This document shows positions 41,333 through 55,551 of a stretch of DNA of 64,000 nucleotides, one piece after another. Under the pieces are notes generated by a model. It did not search any database. It was given only the letters and a program-made list of their open reading frames with translations, and was not told the origin of the DNA. A program made the position numbers and the translations under genes. The stretch spans positions 176,886,001 through 176,950,000 of the forward strand of contig OZ024742.1 of the NCBI GenBank assembly GCA_964016885.1, read 5' to 3'. This DNA is from Eledone cirrhosa. Its lineage: Eukaryota. The first letter of the stretch is position 1. Every line of letters begins with the position of its first letter.

Positions 41333-41977
41333 ATATAAGTATGTATACGTACATACATATATGTATACAAACGTACAGTAGTATGTATATATATACATAC
41401 ATGCACACATATATATATGTACGTACGGTTTTACCGAACAAAAAGACAACGATTGTTGCTAAACACTGTACGGCTTAATTCGGGCTGTTTGTTTACAAAC
41501 AAATCGAGCATTATAATAAATGTTCGGTAAACCCATACGTACATATATATATATATATATATGTGTGCATGCATGTATATATATATACATACTACGGTAC
41601 GTCTGTATACATATATGTATGTACGTATACATACTTATATTTAAGTAACAACCCTACTAAGAGTGAGAAATGAAATTTAGTTTCATTTTATCCATTTATC
41701 GTTTTCGGTGCGCCCGGCCGACTAACTCACTCGATATGCAAATTAGGCTGCTCAGCCGTTAATATGCATAAGGAAAGTATATAATTTCAGACGTTTCATC
41801 ATCTGGCAGGAAGGTATACGATGCGGACGATAGCTAATAAGCTGGAAACTAGTACTTCATTCCTTTGTCAGTGTTGAACAAAAGGGCAAGGGTGGTTGCT
41901 AAACACTGTACTGCTTAATTCAGGCTGTTTGTTTACAAACAAACAGAGCATTATAATAAATGTTCGGTAAAACCATA

Positions 41978-42054
<77 letters not shown>

Positions 42055-42180
42055 ATGTATATATATACATACTACTGTACGTCTGCATACATATATGTAT
42101 GTACGTATACATACTTATATTTAAGTATCAGCCGTAATAAGAGTGAGAAATGAAGATTCGTTTGATTCTATTCCATTTTT
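41333..42180 (+). mobile_element. Non-coding partial-tandem element with inverted 5' end and a degenerate HHR (41820-41858)
   Basis: Direct repeat ~41436-41700 / ~41876-42180; inverted 41333-41441 / 41521-41640; gatg-CGGACGA-TAGC taataa GCTG-GAAA-CTAG-TA-cttc. Confidence 0.7.
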
Positions 42181-42208
42181 CGATTCATTTTTTCCATTTA
42201 TATATATA

Positions 42209-42659
42209 TAAAATAATTAAGTCAAATATGTAAAATGTGGCTTATTTTATTATAAATTATAGATATACTTCTATATATATTTCGGTGACAGCCATCATTG
42301 GCTGTGACCTCTTCACGCAGTCCAAATTGGTGTGGGAAAGACAGGTACACATGTTGTTGAAGTCTGCTTTACTCCGTCAATACATCGATATGTCCAGCTC
42401 CTGGTTGTGTTGTTATTCTTCTGAGGAACTGGAATCATATTCCTCAGAAGAATAACAACACAACCAGGAGCTGAAAATATCGATGTATTGACTGAGTAAA
42501 ACACACTTCAACAACATATGTACCTGTCTTTCGAACAACAATTCGGACTGCCTGACGACGTCACAGCCAATGATGGCTGTCACCGAAATATATATAGCAG
42601 TATATCTATAATTTATAATAAGCGAAGCCAAATTTTACATATTTGACTTAATTATTTTA
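42209..42659. mobile_element. Family D fold-back element (~450-bp palindrome) with HHRs at 42267-42321 (-) and 42547-42601 (+)
   Basis: Arms are reverse complements around ~42434; ACTGC-CTGACGA-cGTcACAGCCA atga TGGCTGTcACC-GAAA-TATATA-TA-GCAGT. Confidence 0.88.
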
Positions 42660-43524
42660 CATTACTCCGAAGTAAACAAACCAGCCTGCGCACTCGTCGA
42701 CTGCTCCAATCTGCATACTGAGGTGTGGGTAAACAACCAATATATACTCAATATATATATATATATATTGTCATGTCAGGTCCCTGCCTGCTAGTGTTAC
42801 CATGTAGCCCAGTACAACATGTTTCATGATCAGGTGCTAGGCGACTAAACCTGCTCCCACACTAAATCATGGTCGGGCGAGGAGAGTACGTGGAAACGCA
42901 GCAGCACAGAAAAGAGTTGTCAGAGGGCGGATGCACTCCACACAGTCAACGGCCTACCACCACAACTATGGGTTAAGTAGTCTCTCTATCCTGAAATTGG
43001 CCAATCGTTTTATGTACGGCTACAGACGTTAAACCCTACGACAAAAACACATGCGATACATGTAACTGCCCTCTTATATTGCCTTGACTTTTCACTGGCC
43101 ACATCACTGTGAGCGTGGAGATGGTGCCATGTGTGTAGCACAAGTACGTAGCATTGCCATCTTTATGTGCAGATATTTGTTCACAAATCCTTCAGTGGTG
43201 GACGCGTGACAATATGTGCTGACCAGAGCGGGTAGAAGCACATAATCACACATCTGGATGTGGGCGGCTAAAGAGTTATCCTGACGTCACTGCACTGTCA
43301 ACCTGAACAACAACATGCTTACGCGAAATCTCAGCAGCCTTTTTTGGGGGCGCATTCCTCACCCGTACCACATAGGAAGGGTCTAGAAAAGTTGACCTAA
43401 GCAAAGCCTGTTCAGTCATCAAAGTAGCGGTTCAAAATAACAGTTGCAGTTGGTGGTGGTCCATAATAGCAGGGAATTTGTTGAAGAGATGGCCGTCTCC
43501 TGTAAGGATGTAACAATTACAATA

Positions 43525-43763
<239 letters not shown>

Positions 43764-43766
43764 TTA

Positions 43767-44964
43767 TCTATAAAAGGCAGATTGTTGTTGTTGTGTGTGT
43801 GTGTGTGCGTGCATGTTCCATGGTTATACATTTGCACAATTTCAAACCGATTTGACTCAAAGTCTGTAAGAATGTTGAAAATGGTCTAACCTAGGTCACT
43901 GTCTCTTTATTCTATTCAAACCCACCCACAATTACGGTAATAATCGATAAAACTAAATACATGACGTTTTACCACCCTAATGCCATATGATTACGTCTTT
44001 CTACTCACCTTCAAATTCGATAAAACTACTTACATGCTTAAAAACTTCCTTTAGGAACGCCGAAGAGAGAGAGAGAGAGAGAGTGAGAGAGAGAGAACGT
44101 TTGTTTTTTAGTGTGGAACGGTCAAATATTTATTTACTTCAATGACAAAGAAAACTTATTACATTTCATACGAAACAACAATTATTCAAAAGCAACAGAT
44201 AAATTTATTCAACAATAACAGAAATAGAGATAAATCTTTTTAAAAACCTCTCAACGAACGTGGAAGAAAGAAGTATCAGTTTATTTACTATACACAATAA
44301 TATCCTCTATGAGGTCACTAAATCTGCTAGAAACAGCAGCTAACTCTCCCCCATATCACACCCCTCCCTATTGTCTTAAATTTAGAAAACATATCCTCTA
44401 TGAGGTCAATAAACCTGTTAGAAACAGAAGCTAGCTCTTCCCCATATCACACCACTCCCTACTGTTTTAAATTTAGAAAACATATCCTCTATGATGTCAC
44501 TAAACCTGCTAGAAACAGCAGCTAACTCTCCCCCATATCACACCACTCCCTACTGTCTTAAATTTAGAAAACACATATCCTCTATGAGATCACTAAACCT
44601 GCTAGAAACAACAGCTAGCCTTCCCCCATATCACACCCCTACCTACTGTCTTAAATTTAGAAAACACACATTAGATAACCATGCAGAACAACTCCATCGC
44701 AGCTCTGTTGTTCGGCTGGTATCGTCTACGTGCGTGTTGCGCAAGTACTGTGAAACAATAAATTTCAACACTTCTTTGCACAGAGATAATATCCATAGGC
44801 GAAACTACAATTGTCACTGCTGGCGCAGCTCCTGCTTCGGCAGTCCGGGTCTGCAATTCATTCACCCAGTGCCTGACAGACAAAAAAGGGCTGCCATAAA
44901 ATGGGTGGTGCAACCTAACTTTGGTAACTTACTGTCCCCGAGCAACGCCGGGCTTTAAAGCTAG
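43767..44964 (+). mobile_element. Non-autonomous Helitron
   Basis: 5' A|TC start, 3' hairpin CCCG-agcaacgc-CGGG then CTAG|T; internal tandem repeat. Confidence 0.8.
44300..44665 (+). repeat. Four tandem ~91-bp units inside the Helitron
   Basis: atatcctctatga...aaatttagaaaac starting at ~44300, 44391, 44482, 44575. Confidence 0.92.
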
Positions 44965-46799
44965 TATATATAGAAGTAGTTCCACAAAAGTTAGTACACC
45001 TTTTCCGGGAACAATTTGTTTGTTTAAATGATATATATATATATATATATATGTGTGTGTCTTTGTGTGTTTGTGTGTGTGTATGTATGTGTGTATGTAT
45101 GTGTGTATGTTTGCGTGTATGTATGTATATGTATGTGTGTGTGTGTGTGTGTGTGCGTGCGGGATACTTTGAAGTTCCACACAATTTCTCCTCTCAAATT
45201 TCACACTCAATCAGCATTAGGAAGCATGTGGCTACATGAGATGTGACTGATCAGCATCTGCAACAACCTGGTCGCGAAACGAAATCTTTAAACGCAACCA
45301 CCTCTTCACCTAGATAGCCGAAGTAATTCTGTGTTTTTCTTTGTTATTTTGCTTTTAGCTGGATCGCTGTTATTCACCAAGTTTCGCTTCTATTCAGCGA
45401 TATTCCCAGCAGTTGATAATCTGCAGTTATATTCTTTCGTAAATGATTTTTCGACTTTACAATGACATTATCTGTTACTTGCTATTGATTCAACAATTAC
45501 GGATGTCTAAAGCCAGACAATCTATAATTCACTAGTTCCACCGCCTTTGCCGCCGCCACTTCAGACAAGTCTTTTGAAAACAATGAAATATCTAAATAAA
45601 TTGAAAAAAAATAATTACAAGACACACAAATAAAAAAAATAATGGACAGCGTAAATAATGGCAGCTCTGCGTGTAGTTAAATAATTGCAGAAGGAGGCGT
45701 GATCTTTAATTCTCACTGACTAACAAACACTTCAGTGTGAACGTAACCAGTAATAATTGTTACACATACAATTAGAACTCTCGTTCGCTTTGCTTTTTCA
45801 ATCGAAATAGAAAACTAAAGATTCTCTCTCTAGATTATTACTACGGTCTGATTTCAATTGATTTTCCTTTGCCTTTACACACAATCATACGCAAACACAC
45901 ATACATACACATACATGAATATATATACGTATATAATACACATACACACACGGACACACACACACGCACACACACACACATACACACATATATGTTTACG
46001 AATGTATTTATTTAAGTATTTATGTATATATATGCCGACACACACACATACACATACGCACACATGCATTGCACACTGATTGGCACATACATATTTGTAC
46101 ACAAGTATTCCCAAACGGCAGGGCCTAATGGATTCCCTTTCAGTACGTACAATCTGGACACTGACACACACCTTGGTGTTATGACAATACTATACATCAT
46201 TTCACCTCTTTTATTATTAATGTTTTTGATGTTCTTTTGAGAGAATCGTCTTGGCAAAATACTAAAAATATCGAATGATGTACACCATTTTTACCAGTAT
46301 CACAAAAAACTGGTCCACACACACACACGCACACACAGACACATACACACATATACACACACACATACACACACACATACACACACGTACACTAACATAC
46401 AAACAGACATACACACACACACTCACACACACACTTATGACCTTTCAACATGACTGCAACTCACACACACATCTCTACTGACTATTATCACAACAATGAG
46501 TTTCTTTACTACACACACACACACGCACACACACACACACACACACAACACACACACACATATTTGGCTGAATAGACATATTTTTCAGTGACTTCTCAAC
46601 ATGACTGCAACTCAATCAGGCGAAAAAGGACACTCTTCGACAAACCTACATTGGGCGCAAAATCAATTTTTAACATTCACGTGACCTCTACCGACCAATC
46701 AAAATTGTTTTGACTACAAGAATTTTTGCAACACGAATTGTCGCGAAATTTATAGTACTTATTCACGTGACATTCAACAACCAACCCTTCTACAACTGA

Positions 46800-49113
46800 A
46801 AAATTCAAACAAGGTCCATGTCCATTCTGACAAAACTGTTAATCTATACTATATGGATATCGATAAATATAACCAGTTCATATATAAAGAACTTAGAAAA
46901 AACTATAAGAAAGCAAATACCACCGCACTGACATCCTTGAATAACATATCATGTGATATAGTAAAAAAGCTCCACATTGAAGATAGGACTGAGCCTTTCA
47001 CGCCTAAAAGCCCTCACTTCAACCTAAGGACCATAAATCGGACTTTAATTCGAACCCATCTATTAGACTGATATACCCATCAAAATGTGATATCGGTAAT
47101 ATCAGCAAGAAAATTATTGATCGAATCATTCGCAAATTAGAAAATGTGTAACACTTCCATTATGGGATAACGCTTCCCAAGTTATTGAATGGTTTACTAG
47201 CATCGAGAAGAAAAACTCAGCTTCATTAATTCAATTCGACATCGATTCTTACTATTCTTCGATTTCTCCAATTCTTTTAAACAAAGCACTGATCTTCGCC
47301 AGAAATAGATCGGATTTATCTACTGAGGAAATCACCATCATAACTCACGCTAGAAAAACCTTACTACATATCCAAGAAGAACACAGTACAAGAAACACAT
47401 ATAACAACTTATTCGATATTACGATGGGATCCATGGACTCTGCTCAAGTTACAGACCTCGCTGGACTATTTCTCCTCTATAATATTCATTCCTCTTTTCC
47501 CCACCTCAAAGGTGGTCTTTATCGGGATGATTGTTTATTGTTATCTAACATTCTTAGCAATTCCAATATAGAGAAAAACAAAAGAAAAAATTAGAAAATT
47601 CCTCAAGGAATACTACAACCTCAACATCACCTTTGAAAACACTTCAAAAGTAGCTAATTTCCTTCACATTACCTCTCTACGAATATTTATCAACCTTACC
47701 ACAAACCAAACAAGAATCTACACTATGTACATTCACGCTCTAACCACCCTGGCTCTATACTCAAAAACTTAGTATATAACATATCTCTTAGACTTTCTAA
47801 ATTATCTTCCAATGAAGATATATTTTATAATAATGCACCCTTTAACAACGAGGCCTTAACTAGAAGTGGATATAAAGAAAATTCTCATATATCCCCAACA
47901 CTACTATGGCCAAAATATAAAACCTAGCAAAAACTACAAACATCAAAAATACCATTGAAACAAATACCTAAAGGGGTTATTCCTATCACACCAAACAACC
48001 GGAAAACCACAACAACTATTACTACACGATCTATGACCAATGTTATCAACTCACATATGAATACCAAGCATTCAAAATCTCATAATCTACCCAATAATAA
48101 CATCAAACAGAACCACGGTAGTTTACCAAATTCCACAAATACGGATACTAACCATTGGAATTCTTCTGGAACATAGCACAATAATATAAGTGGTAATAAG
48201 AACTTAACTAAAAACCGCAAAAGAAACATGACATGGTACAACGCACCCTTCAACCTGTAAACTATTGGACAAATCCCCCAAAAATTCTTCGAAATTCTAC
48301 ATAAACACTTTTCACCAAAGTACACATACTACCAAATATTTAACAGATATACTGTTAAATTCTCATACTCTACATCAAATAATCTCCAGCAAAAAATAAG
48401 CAACTATAACATTTATAAATTTAACAATAATATGACCACACCACCACAACATAATTTAAATAGGACTGCACCTTTTAAAAGGACAAATAATACAATCCTT
48501 CAACCTGGAAAACACAACCATCCAAATCACCAAATCAAAAACAACAGAACACAAAATCACAATACAACCCTAGCACTAAACCACCCACTATGCAACCTTC
48601 ATTCTCCCGCTAACATTAATTACAATAGGTATAGCTCAAGGATTAATAAGAATGGTATATGTACCCCCATCAACCATCTTACGTATGGTTGTAATTTCAG
48701 AAATAGAAGCATTTGCCCCTTAATTGGCAACTGTTTGATTAATAATGTAATATATGAATGCACTGTGTCTACTACTGACTCCAACAAAACATATATAGGA
48801 TCTACATCAAACACATTTAAGAAAATATTTTACCACACCTTAGTAGTTTTAACAATACTAAACTAGCTAACACCACGTCTTTAGCTGAAGCAGTAAATAA
48901 CTATAAAAAGGAAAAAAATAGATTTCAAGCTATCGTGGAACACCATTCAACAAAGAACTCATATCTCGGGAAGAGGAGAGAATGCTGGTTATGTTCACGG
49001 GTGATCTTGGAAATTACTAAATCTAAGGACGATTTATGGAATAAAAGACAGGAACTGATTATAGTTTGTAATCACCGTATACGAAAAACATTTAAATACT
49101 ATAAACCTAATTA
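46800..49113 (+). pseudogene. Near full-length Hydra-clade-like PLE ORF (RT + GIY-YIG) with multiple frameshifts
   Basis: SDKTVNLY, KDHK...RLIYPSK, VIEWF, QFDIDSYYSSI, FDITMGSMDSAQV, GGLYRDDCL, PYHKPN, CPLIGNCLINNVIYEC...YIGSTSN. Confidence 0.9.
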
Positions 49114-49740
49114 AATATTCTAAATAGCAACTCACTATAATTCTATATAGCGTAACATTTGTTAGTATCCCTTTCCCCTAATTATACGCATTCATACTTA
49201 TTTCATACCTTTTAATGTTTTAGCTTCCTCAGATTTATGCGTTAATGACTAAGGGCAACAAGGTAATTGCATGAGTAAATATGTATCTATGTATGTATGA
49301 TATGGGAATATATATATATGTGTGTGTGTATATGCGAGTATATGTGTTGAGTGTTTATATGTGTGTGTGTACATGTATGTGTGTGTACATACATATATAT
49401 ATGTGTGTATAGGTGTGCATATGTAGATATATATATATATAAATTTATGTGTATATGATTGTGTGCACATGTGTAGATGTATGTATATGTTTGCATCTAT
49501 TTATGCGTATGTATATTTTTAGTTGAGTATCAATATAACTATACCTCTATCTATAATGTGGGTATATGCAGTTTGTGATCTATTAAATTTATGCGTTTTG
49601 ACTATATCAACACGTATTTATCGGAGTTTGATTATTTATACATAGACATACTTGAAAGTATTTTAAAGCGTATCATACGCTGTATTATACTAAGTACAAT
49701 TTACCACACCGTACTATATTGTGTTATATTACATTATTGA

Positions 49741-49925
49741 GAGGTGAATTGGCAGTATCGGTAGAGGGTCAGATGCCATGCCATCTAGCATAGTTACGTC
49801 CCTTTACAGTCTGAGTTCAAATCCCGCCGAGGTTAAATTTGCCTTTCAACCTTACGGAGTCGATAGAATAAAGTACCAATAATGTACTGGATAATTTCTG
49901 ACCTTCTGTTTAAAGAAGAAACAAT
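49741..49925 (+). mobile_element. SINE family 1 inserted in the PLE 3' UTR
   Basis: Collinear with 40164-40349. Confidence 0.85.
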
Positions 49926-50275
49926 TATATTATATTACTGTATTTCATTATCTTATTACAATGTTCATCTTTTAATATACTATCTTTCCTAGCCATAACC
50001 TTAATTTATATTCACCTAAAAACTCCATACAACACACCTCAACATTTAATGTTTACATTCTTTTTAAACTTCACTACCATCACTTAGAAACGATTGTAAA
50101 GCAGTGAAGTATATCTCTAATGACTTGATTGTTTATTTCATTGTTATATCATGACTCTGCTTTCCTTTTAATGTGTTATTGTTTTCCGGGATTTATTTTA
50201 ACCTACAACATTTTCAATATATGGATTACATTGAGTTCTTCATGCAGACTAGACCCCCACAACTTACCGTGGATA

Positions 50276-50340
<65 letters not shown>

Positions 50341-50341
<1 letters not shown>

Positions 50342-52258
50342 GTGTTGATGCTTAGAGCGTCCGTATGCGGTAGGCCATTTGAGCACTCGATGCTCTCACA
50401 GAGCAGAATATGATATCACAAAAAGAAAGAGAATCAGTGTTGCGACAAATGGAATTTATTGGACATATTACAATCGTTTCTCTGGCGACCAGCTCGAGAC
50501 ACAATGATGTGATGATTGAACCTGACTCTGAAAATTGCAAGGTCCTCAGATACGTCTTGATTCTACGAAGTAGATTTTCCAAATTTTACATCGATATCCT
50601 TCGCCTGTTGTTGTCATTCCATGAGTGGTCAAGAATTGTACACGTCATCGGTATTTCTAGCCATTCATGGTTGTCCACTATTTGCTTGTTTTCATTCCCC
50701 ACCTGTCAATCAAAGTTGCTTCTTAGATCAGAATTACTACTGAAGTAGATAAAGTGTTGTATGCTTGAACTGCTGGCGGCCTTTCGGCGTCTACTCTGTC
50801 TGTAGGCGCCCTCGCCCAAACCGATCACTCACACACGCGCAGCTGTATTATATGCGACAATCACCGTAAATAATGCTTGGAGGGAATTTTTAGAAAAAAT
50901 TAGAAAAATATTTCGCATAATATTTCAAGAACACAGCATCAGAATACCTTAAAACATACATATTTCAAAAAGAAAAAACTCTGTACAAAGAACGTTTTTA
51001 AATGAATGCTTGGTACAGCCTTTCAAAAAAAAAAAGGTTATTTTGAAGGTATTTTTGATAGATATACACATATATACACTCACACACTGTACTCAGTGAA
51101 ACGTGTATAGTTAAGATGCTGCACATATATATATACAGATGAAAAAAAAGGAAGATCTACACATAGGCATTCATACCTTCACACAGACATGTTCATAAAA
51201 ATACATCCATCCAGACAATGTGTACACACGTCCGCATGCATATTTGCGTGGACACTCATACATACATGTAACCGCGTATAATCATGCTTGTACATTACCG
51301 AAGGCATATACTTGATGAATACCCACCCATCCGTACACACACACGTTGTCTCATATAATACTGTATGCACATGGTGCATACAGTATTATATGAGACAACG
51401 TTCTTGAGTCTTGGACCCAACCCAATCATGTGGCAATATTAGCCCAAAAGTGCATGCACAATATGCATAGATGCTATAGCCACGTAATAGCCTTGCACTA
51501 ATCACATATAACGTGGGTGGCACATCTATATAAAAAATGCCTGTATGTATATAAAATAAAGTAAAATAAAATAATATAAAATAATATAATAAGAAATAAT
51601 ATAAAATAAAATACTGGAGAAAGGAATATATACATGACAAGGTTGCAGAGGGGGTCCGGACATTATTGGGTTGTTCGTAAAATTGCATAAAATACTTGAG
51701 GGCTGTGGTGCTTATGGTTATATAATATACACGGGGACTGGTGATCTAAGGGACTGGGTAAGAGCCTGCACATGATGCAGGTCTCATGGCTGGTGGACAC
51801 ATGGGGACCGTGCGTGCATACACAAACATGTTATATATATTGTGGATGTGTGTGTAGAACATCCATTTCATAATAGTATATATGAGATGCACATGGAGTG
51901 GATGTATACATGGAATATATAGGGTATGTGTTTCATAACAGTATATATGAAATGTACGTGGAATCTACGCATGATTTGAATGTGCCAGCGGCTTGTGTTG
52001 TAGGCGTGTATATATCAACAGCAGGCAAAGTTAAAATTAACTGCAACATTAACCTTAAGACCAGCATCAGGTCCGGCATCTAAGTAGCAAATTAAACACT
52101 AGGAGCTGGTCGCGAGAGAAACGATTGTAATATGTCCAATAAATTCCATTCGTCGCAACACTGATTCTCTTTCTTTTTATGATATCATATTCTGCTCTGC
52201 AAGAGCATCAAGTGCTCAAATGGTCTACCGCATACGGACGCTCTAAGCATCAACACCA
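50341..52258. mobile_element. ~1.9-kb element with ~155-bp terminal inverted repeats containing an HHR 3' half, flanked by (TA)n
   Basis: 50341-50495 is the reverse complement of 52103-52256; GAAA-CGATTG-TA-atatgt at ~52118. Confidence 0.8.
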
Positions 52259-52261
52259 GTT

Positions 52262-52440
<179 letters not shown>

Positions 52441-53010
52441 TATATATATATATATATATATATATAGATATATATATATATATATATATATTTGTGTGTG
52501 TGTGTATAAGTGCTAGAGTAGATACAAATGCAAGGACATCATTAATTCTTGGTAGAGAAACTGAATTTGTCGGATAAGCAGAAATGTCTGAATTTTAAAA
52601 CCAAAAACTAAATCTCCTTCAAAGGTTTTCAAATATCGCTGAACCTTTGTTCGGTGAAAGTAGTAGTAATCTTGGTTTTATGCCTCAAGGCTAAGAATAA
52701 TTCCTCACCCCATTGAATGTTTCATCTCAACGTTATTGTCTTGCTTGTCTTGCAAGCCAAGCAACTGATTCTGCTTATTTCAAATTATATTTAACCGATA
52801 TTTGTAAGTAAATGAATTATAACGGTATCAGTGGAAGTTAAAGGTTGAATATGTAAATACTGCTCAGGCAAAACAAAGAAGGTATTTTCCTGCTTGAATA
52901 GAAAAATGCGTGTTTGGCATTTTAACATGTATAAATAATTAATATGGAAATCTATATACACAAAATTGCGGACTCTGTTGTATCTGTACTGTATATATAG
53001 ACAGATTCAT

Positions 53011-53295
53011 GGAGGCACGTGGGCTGGTAGTAAGGATGCTGGACTTACAATCATAACGTCGTGAGTTCGATTCCTGTGTTGCTTGTTGTGTTCTTGAGCA
53101 AATAACTTAATTTCACTGCTCCAGTATACTCAGCTGAAAACGTGTACCAAAAATATATGGGGGTTTAACCCTGCGATGGACTGGCGCCCTGTTCAGTGAG
53201 GAAGTCTGATACTCTCAGTCGCTTCACGACATGAAACCGTGATAAGCACGGGCGATGAGTCTTCTGGCTTAAGACAGACTTTAAACTTTAGACTT
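53011..53295 (+). mobile_element. SINE family 2
   Basis: Collinear with 8239-8520. Confidence 0.82.
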
Positions 53296-53769
53296 ATATA
53301 CAGATAAAAATTCATCCTGTACTTCGGTTATTTAGTGTACAATTTATTCTATATCAAAATTAATAACCAACACGAGTGCTAGTAGTACGCAAATGGATAC
53401 GTCGAATTTTGTGATATTTCTATAAGTGATAGAGTACAGAAGCCTCACAGTTATGTACCTCCTTTTGGTTGTTTAGATGATATGCTTATCTTCTGATGAG
53501 AAGACCAAGCATTTCGAAAATCGACTAGTTTTCAATTGACGGGGAAATACATGTATTTTGGAGGTTTACATATATGTATATTCAAAATATAAATGTAAAT
53601 AGTCAATATATGTACGGGTATATATTCATACTATATTTAGGCCGCTTAGTGCACTATTTAATATATAGGTATATATATTAATTATTAACATGAATGTTAT
53701 TTGTAGTAGTTGTGTTTCACTATTGGGAAGGGGCACTACCTCTGATGATGAAGAGAGTGATGTGTGGAA

Positions 53770-53882
53770 TAGAAGAAGGAGAAGAAGAAGCAGGAGAAGA
53801 AGAAGAAGAAGAAGAAGAAGAAGAAGAAGAAGAAGAAGAAGAAGAAGAAGAAGAAGAAGAAGAAGAAGAAGAAGAAGAAGAA
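53770..53882 (+). repeat. (GAA)n microsatellite
   Basis: Direct reading of the sequence. Confidence 0.97.
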
Positions 53883-54620
53883 TGGTGCTGAGGATGATGA
53901 TGGGGGGGGGGAGAAGAAAAAGAAGAGGAAGAGAAAGAGGATGACGAAGAGAAGAAGGAGGAAGAGGAGAAAGAGGAGAAACATGATTAGGGGAGGAGAA
54001 GGATAGTTACATAGGTGAATTAGATTTTAATAGAAGTAGGGAAATAAAAATCGGACAGTAGTAGTCGAAGTACTAGTAGTTGTTGTTGTGATGGTGGTGA
54101 TGGCAGTGTTGGGGTGGAGTGGTAGTAGTAGAAATAGTAGAATTAATAGTAGTTGTAGTAGTAGTGGTGTGAAATTTGAAAAAAAAATTAAAACAAAACA
54201 ACAACAAAAATAAGAAGAATACATAAGGAAAATAAGGAAATCTCTTTAGCTGTATACTTTCAAAGATACTTTACAATAGCGACATGGAGTAAATCGAAGT
54301 GGTTTCAGTAGGCTTTCCTTTTTAAAGAGCCAATGACGAAGACGAATTTAATAGCAATCATAAAAGCTGTAAAATGCTCAAAGAATTACAAGAAAACATA
54401 AGGTAAAAAATGAAACCTTGAAATTACAGAATAGAAGAATTTAAATGCACCTGGCTCTTTTCTCACATTCTTTTCATCGTTTAATTTAATTACGTTCAAT
54501 GAAAACCATTTAAATTTTGTTTCTTTTATTTTACTTTTCTGTACACAATACATGTATACATGTGTGTGTGTGTATTTGTTTTTATGTATGTATAAAGATA
54601 TATATATATATATTCATATA

Positions 54621-54761
<141 letters not shown>

Positions 54762-54901
54762 GTGTGTTTGTGTGTGTGTATTATTACATCGAGAGAAGGC
54801 CTACTTAAGGTTTTGTCTTTCGAGTTTTCAATTTACAATGATCAGAGCTGACTACATAGGATACTCATAATAACCACATATTAATACGTGAGAAGATAGA
54901 T

Positions 54902-55084
<183 letters not shown>

Positions 55085-55551
55085 TGTGTGTGTGTGTGTG
55101 TGTGTGTATTTACTGAGGGAGAGAGAGAAATATTGCAGTATCACTAAACGTTTGCATTAGACTTCAACGAAGGATGAAGGATTTTTATATATATGAAATA
55201 GATATTTGACAGAGACGTTTTCATGGCACGTGTCTCAGTGGTGTGGAACTTGCGATTGTGAGGTCGTGTGTTCGGTTCACGTAACGCTTAGTAAATTGTG
55301 CTTTGAGGAAAATACAGTTTATTTCATCTTGTTCCAGCTTGAAAAAATAATGAGTTGTATAAACATTTGTTTTTCTCTTCCTGTCGTGGAATAGAGATAC
55401 AGGCCTCTATGTTTGAGAGTTCGGCTTCCAAAAACAATCTGCTTAGGCTTGTATCCTAGAGTAGAATCTTCTACATTCAACCCCAGGTACTTAAACACTT
55501 TTAGATATGGGATACTCTATATGCATAAAAGACAATTATATATATATAGAA

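Noticed and set aside
42770-43500. Complex, GC-richer stretch that may be a LINE 5' region or an exon
   Set aside because: No recognisable protein motif or second copy in the window
44300-44665. Regularly spaced repeats as a CRISPR-like array
   Set aside because: Units repeat in full with no unique spacers; eukaryotic Helitron-internal minisatellite
45330-45592. Strong minus-strand splice acceptor followed by unique sequence
   Set aside because: All three frames close quickly; it could be a UTR or lncRNA exon but cannot be supported without RNA data
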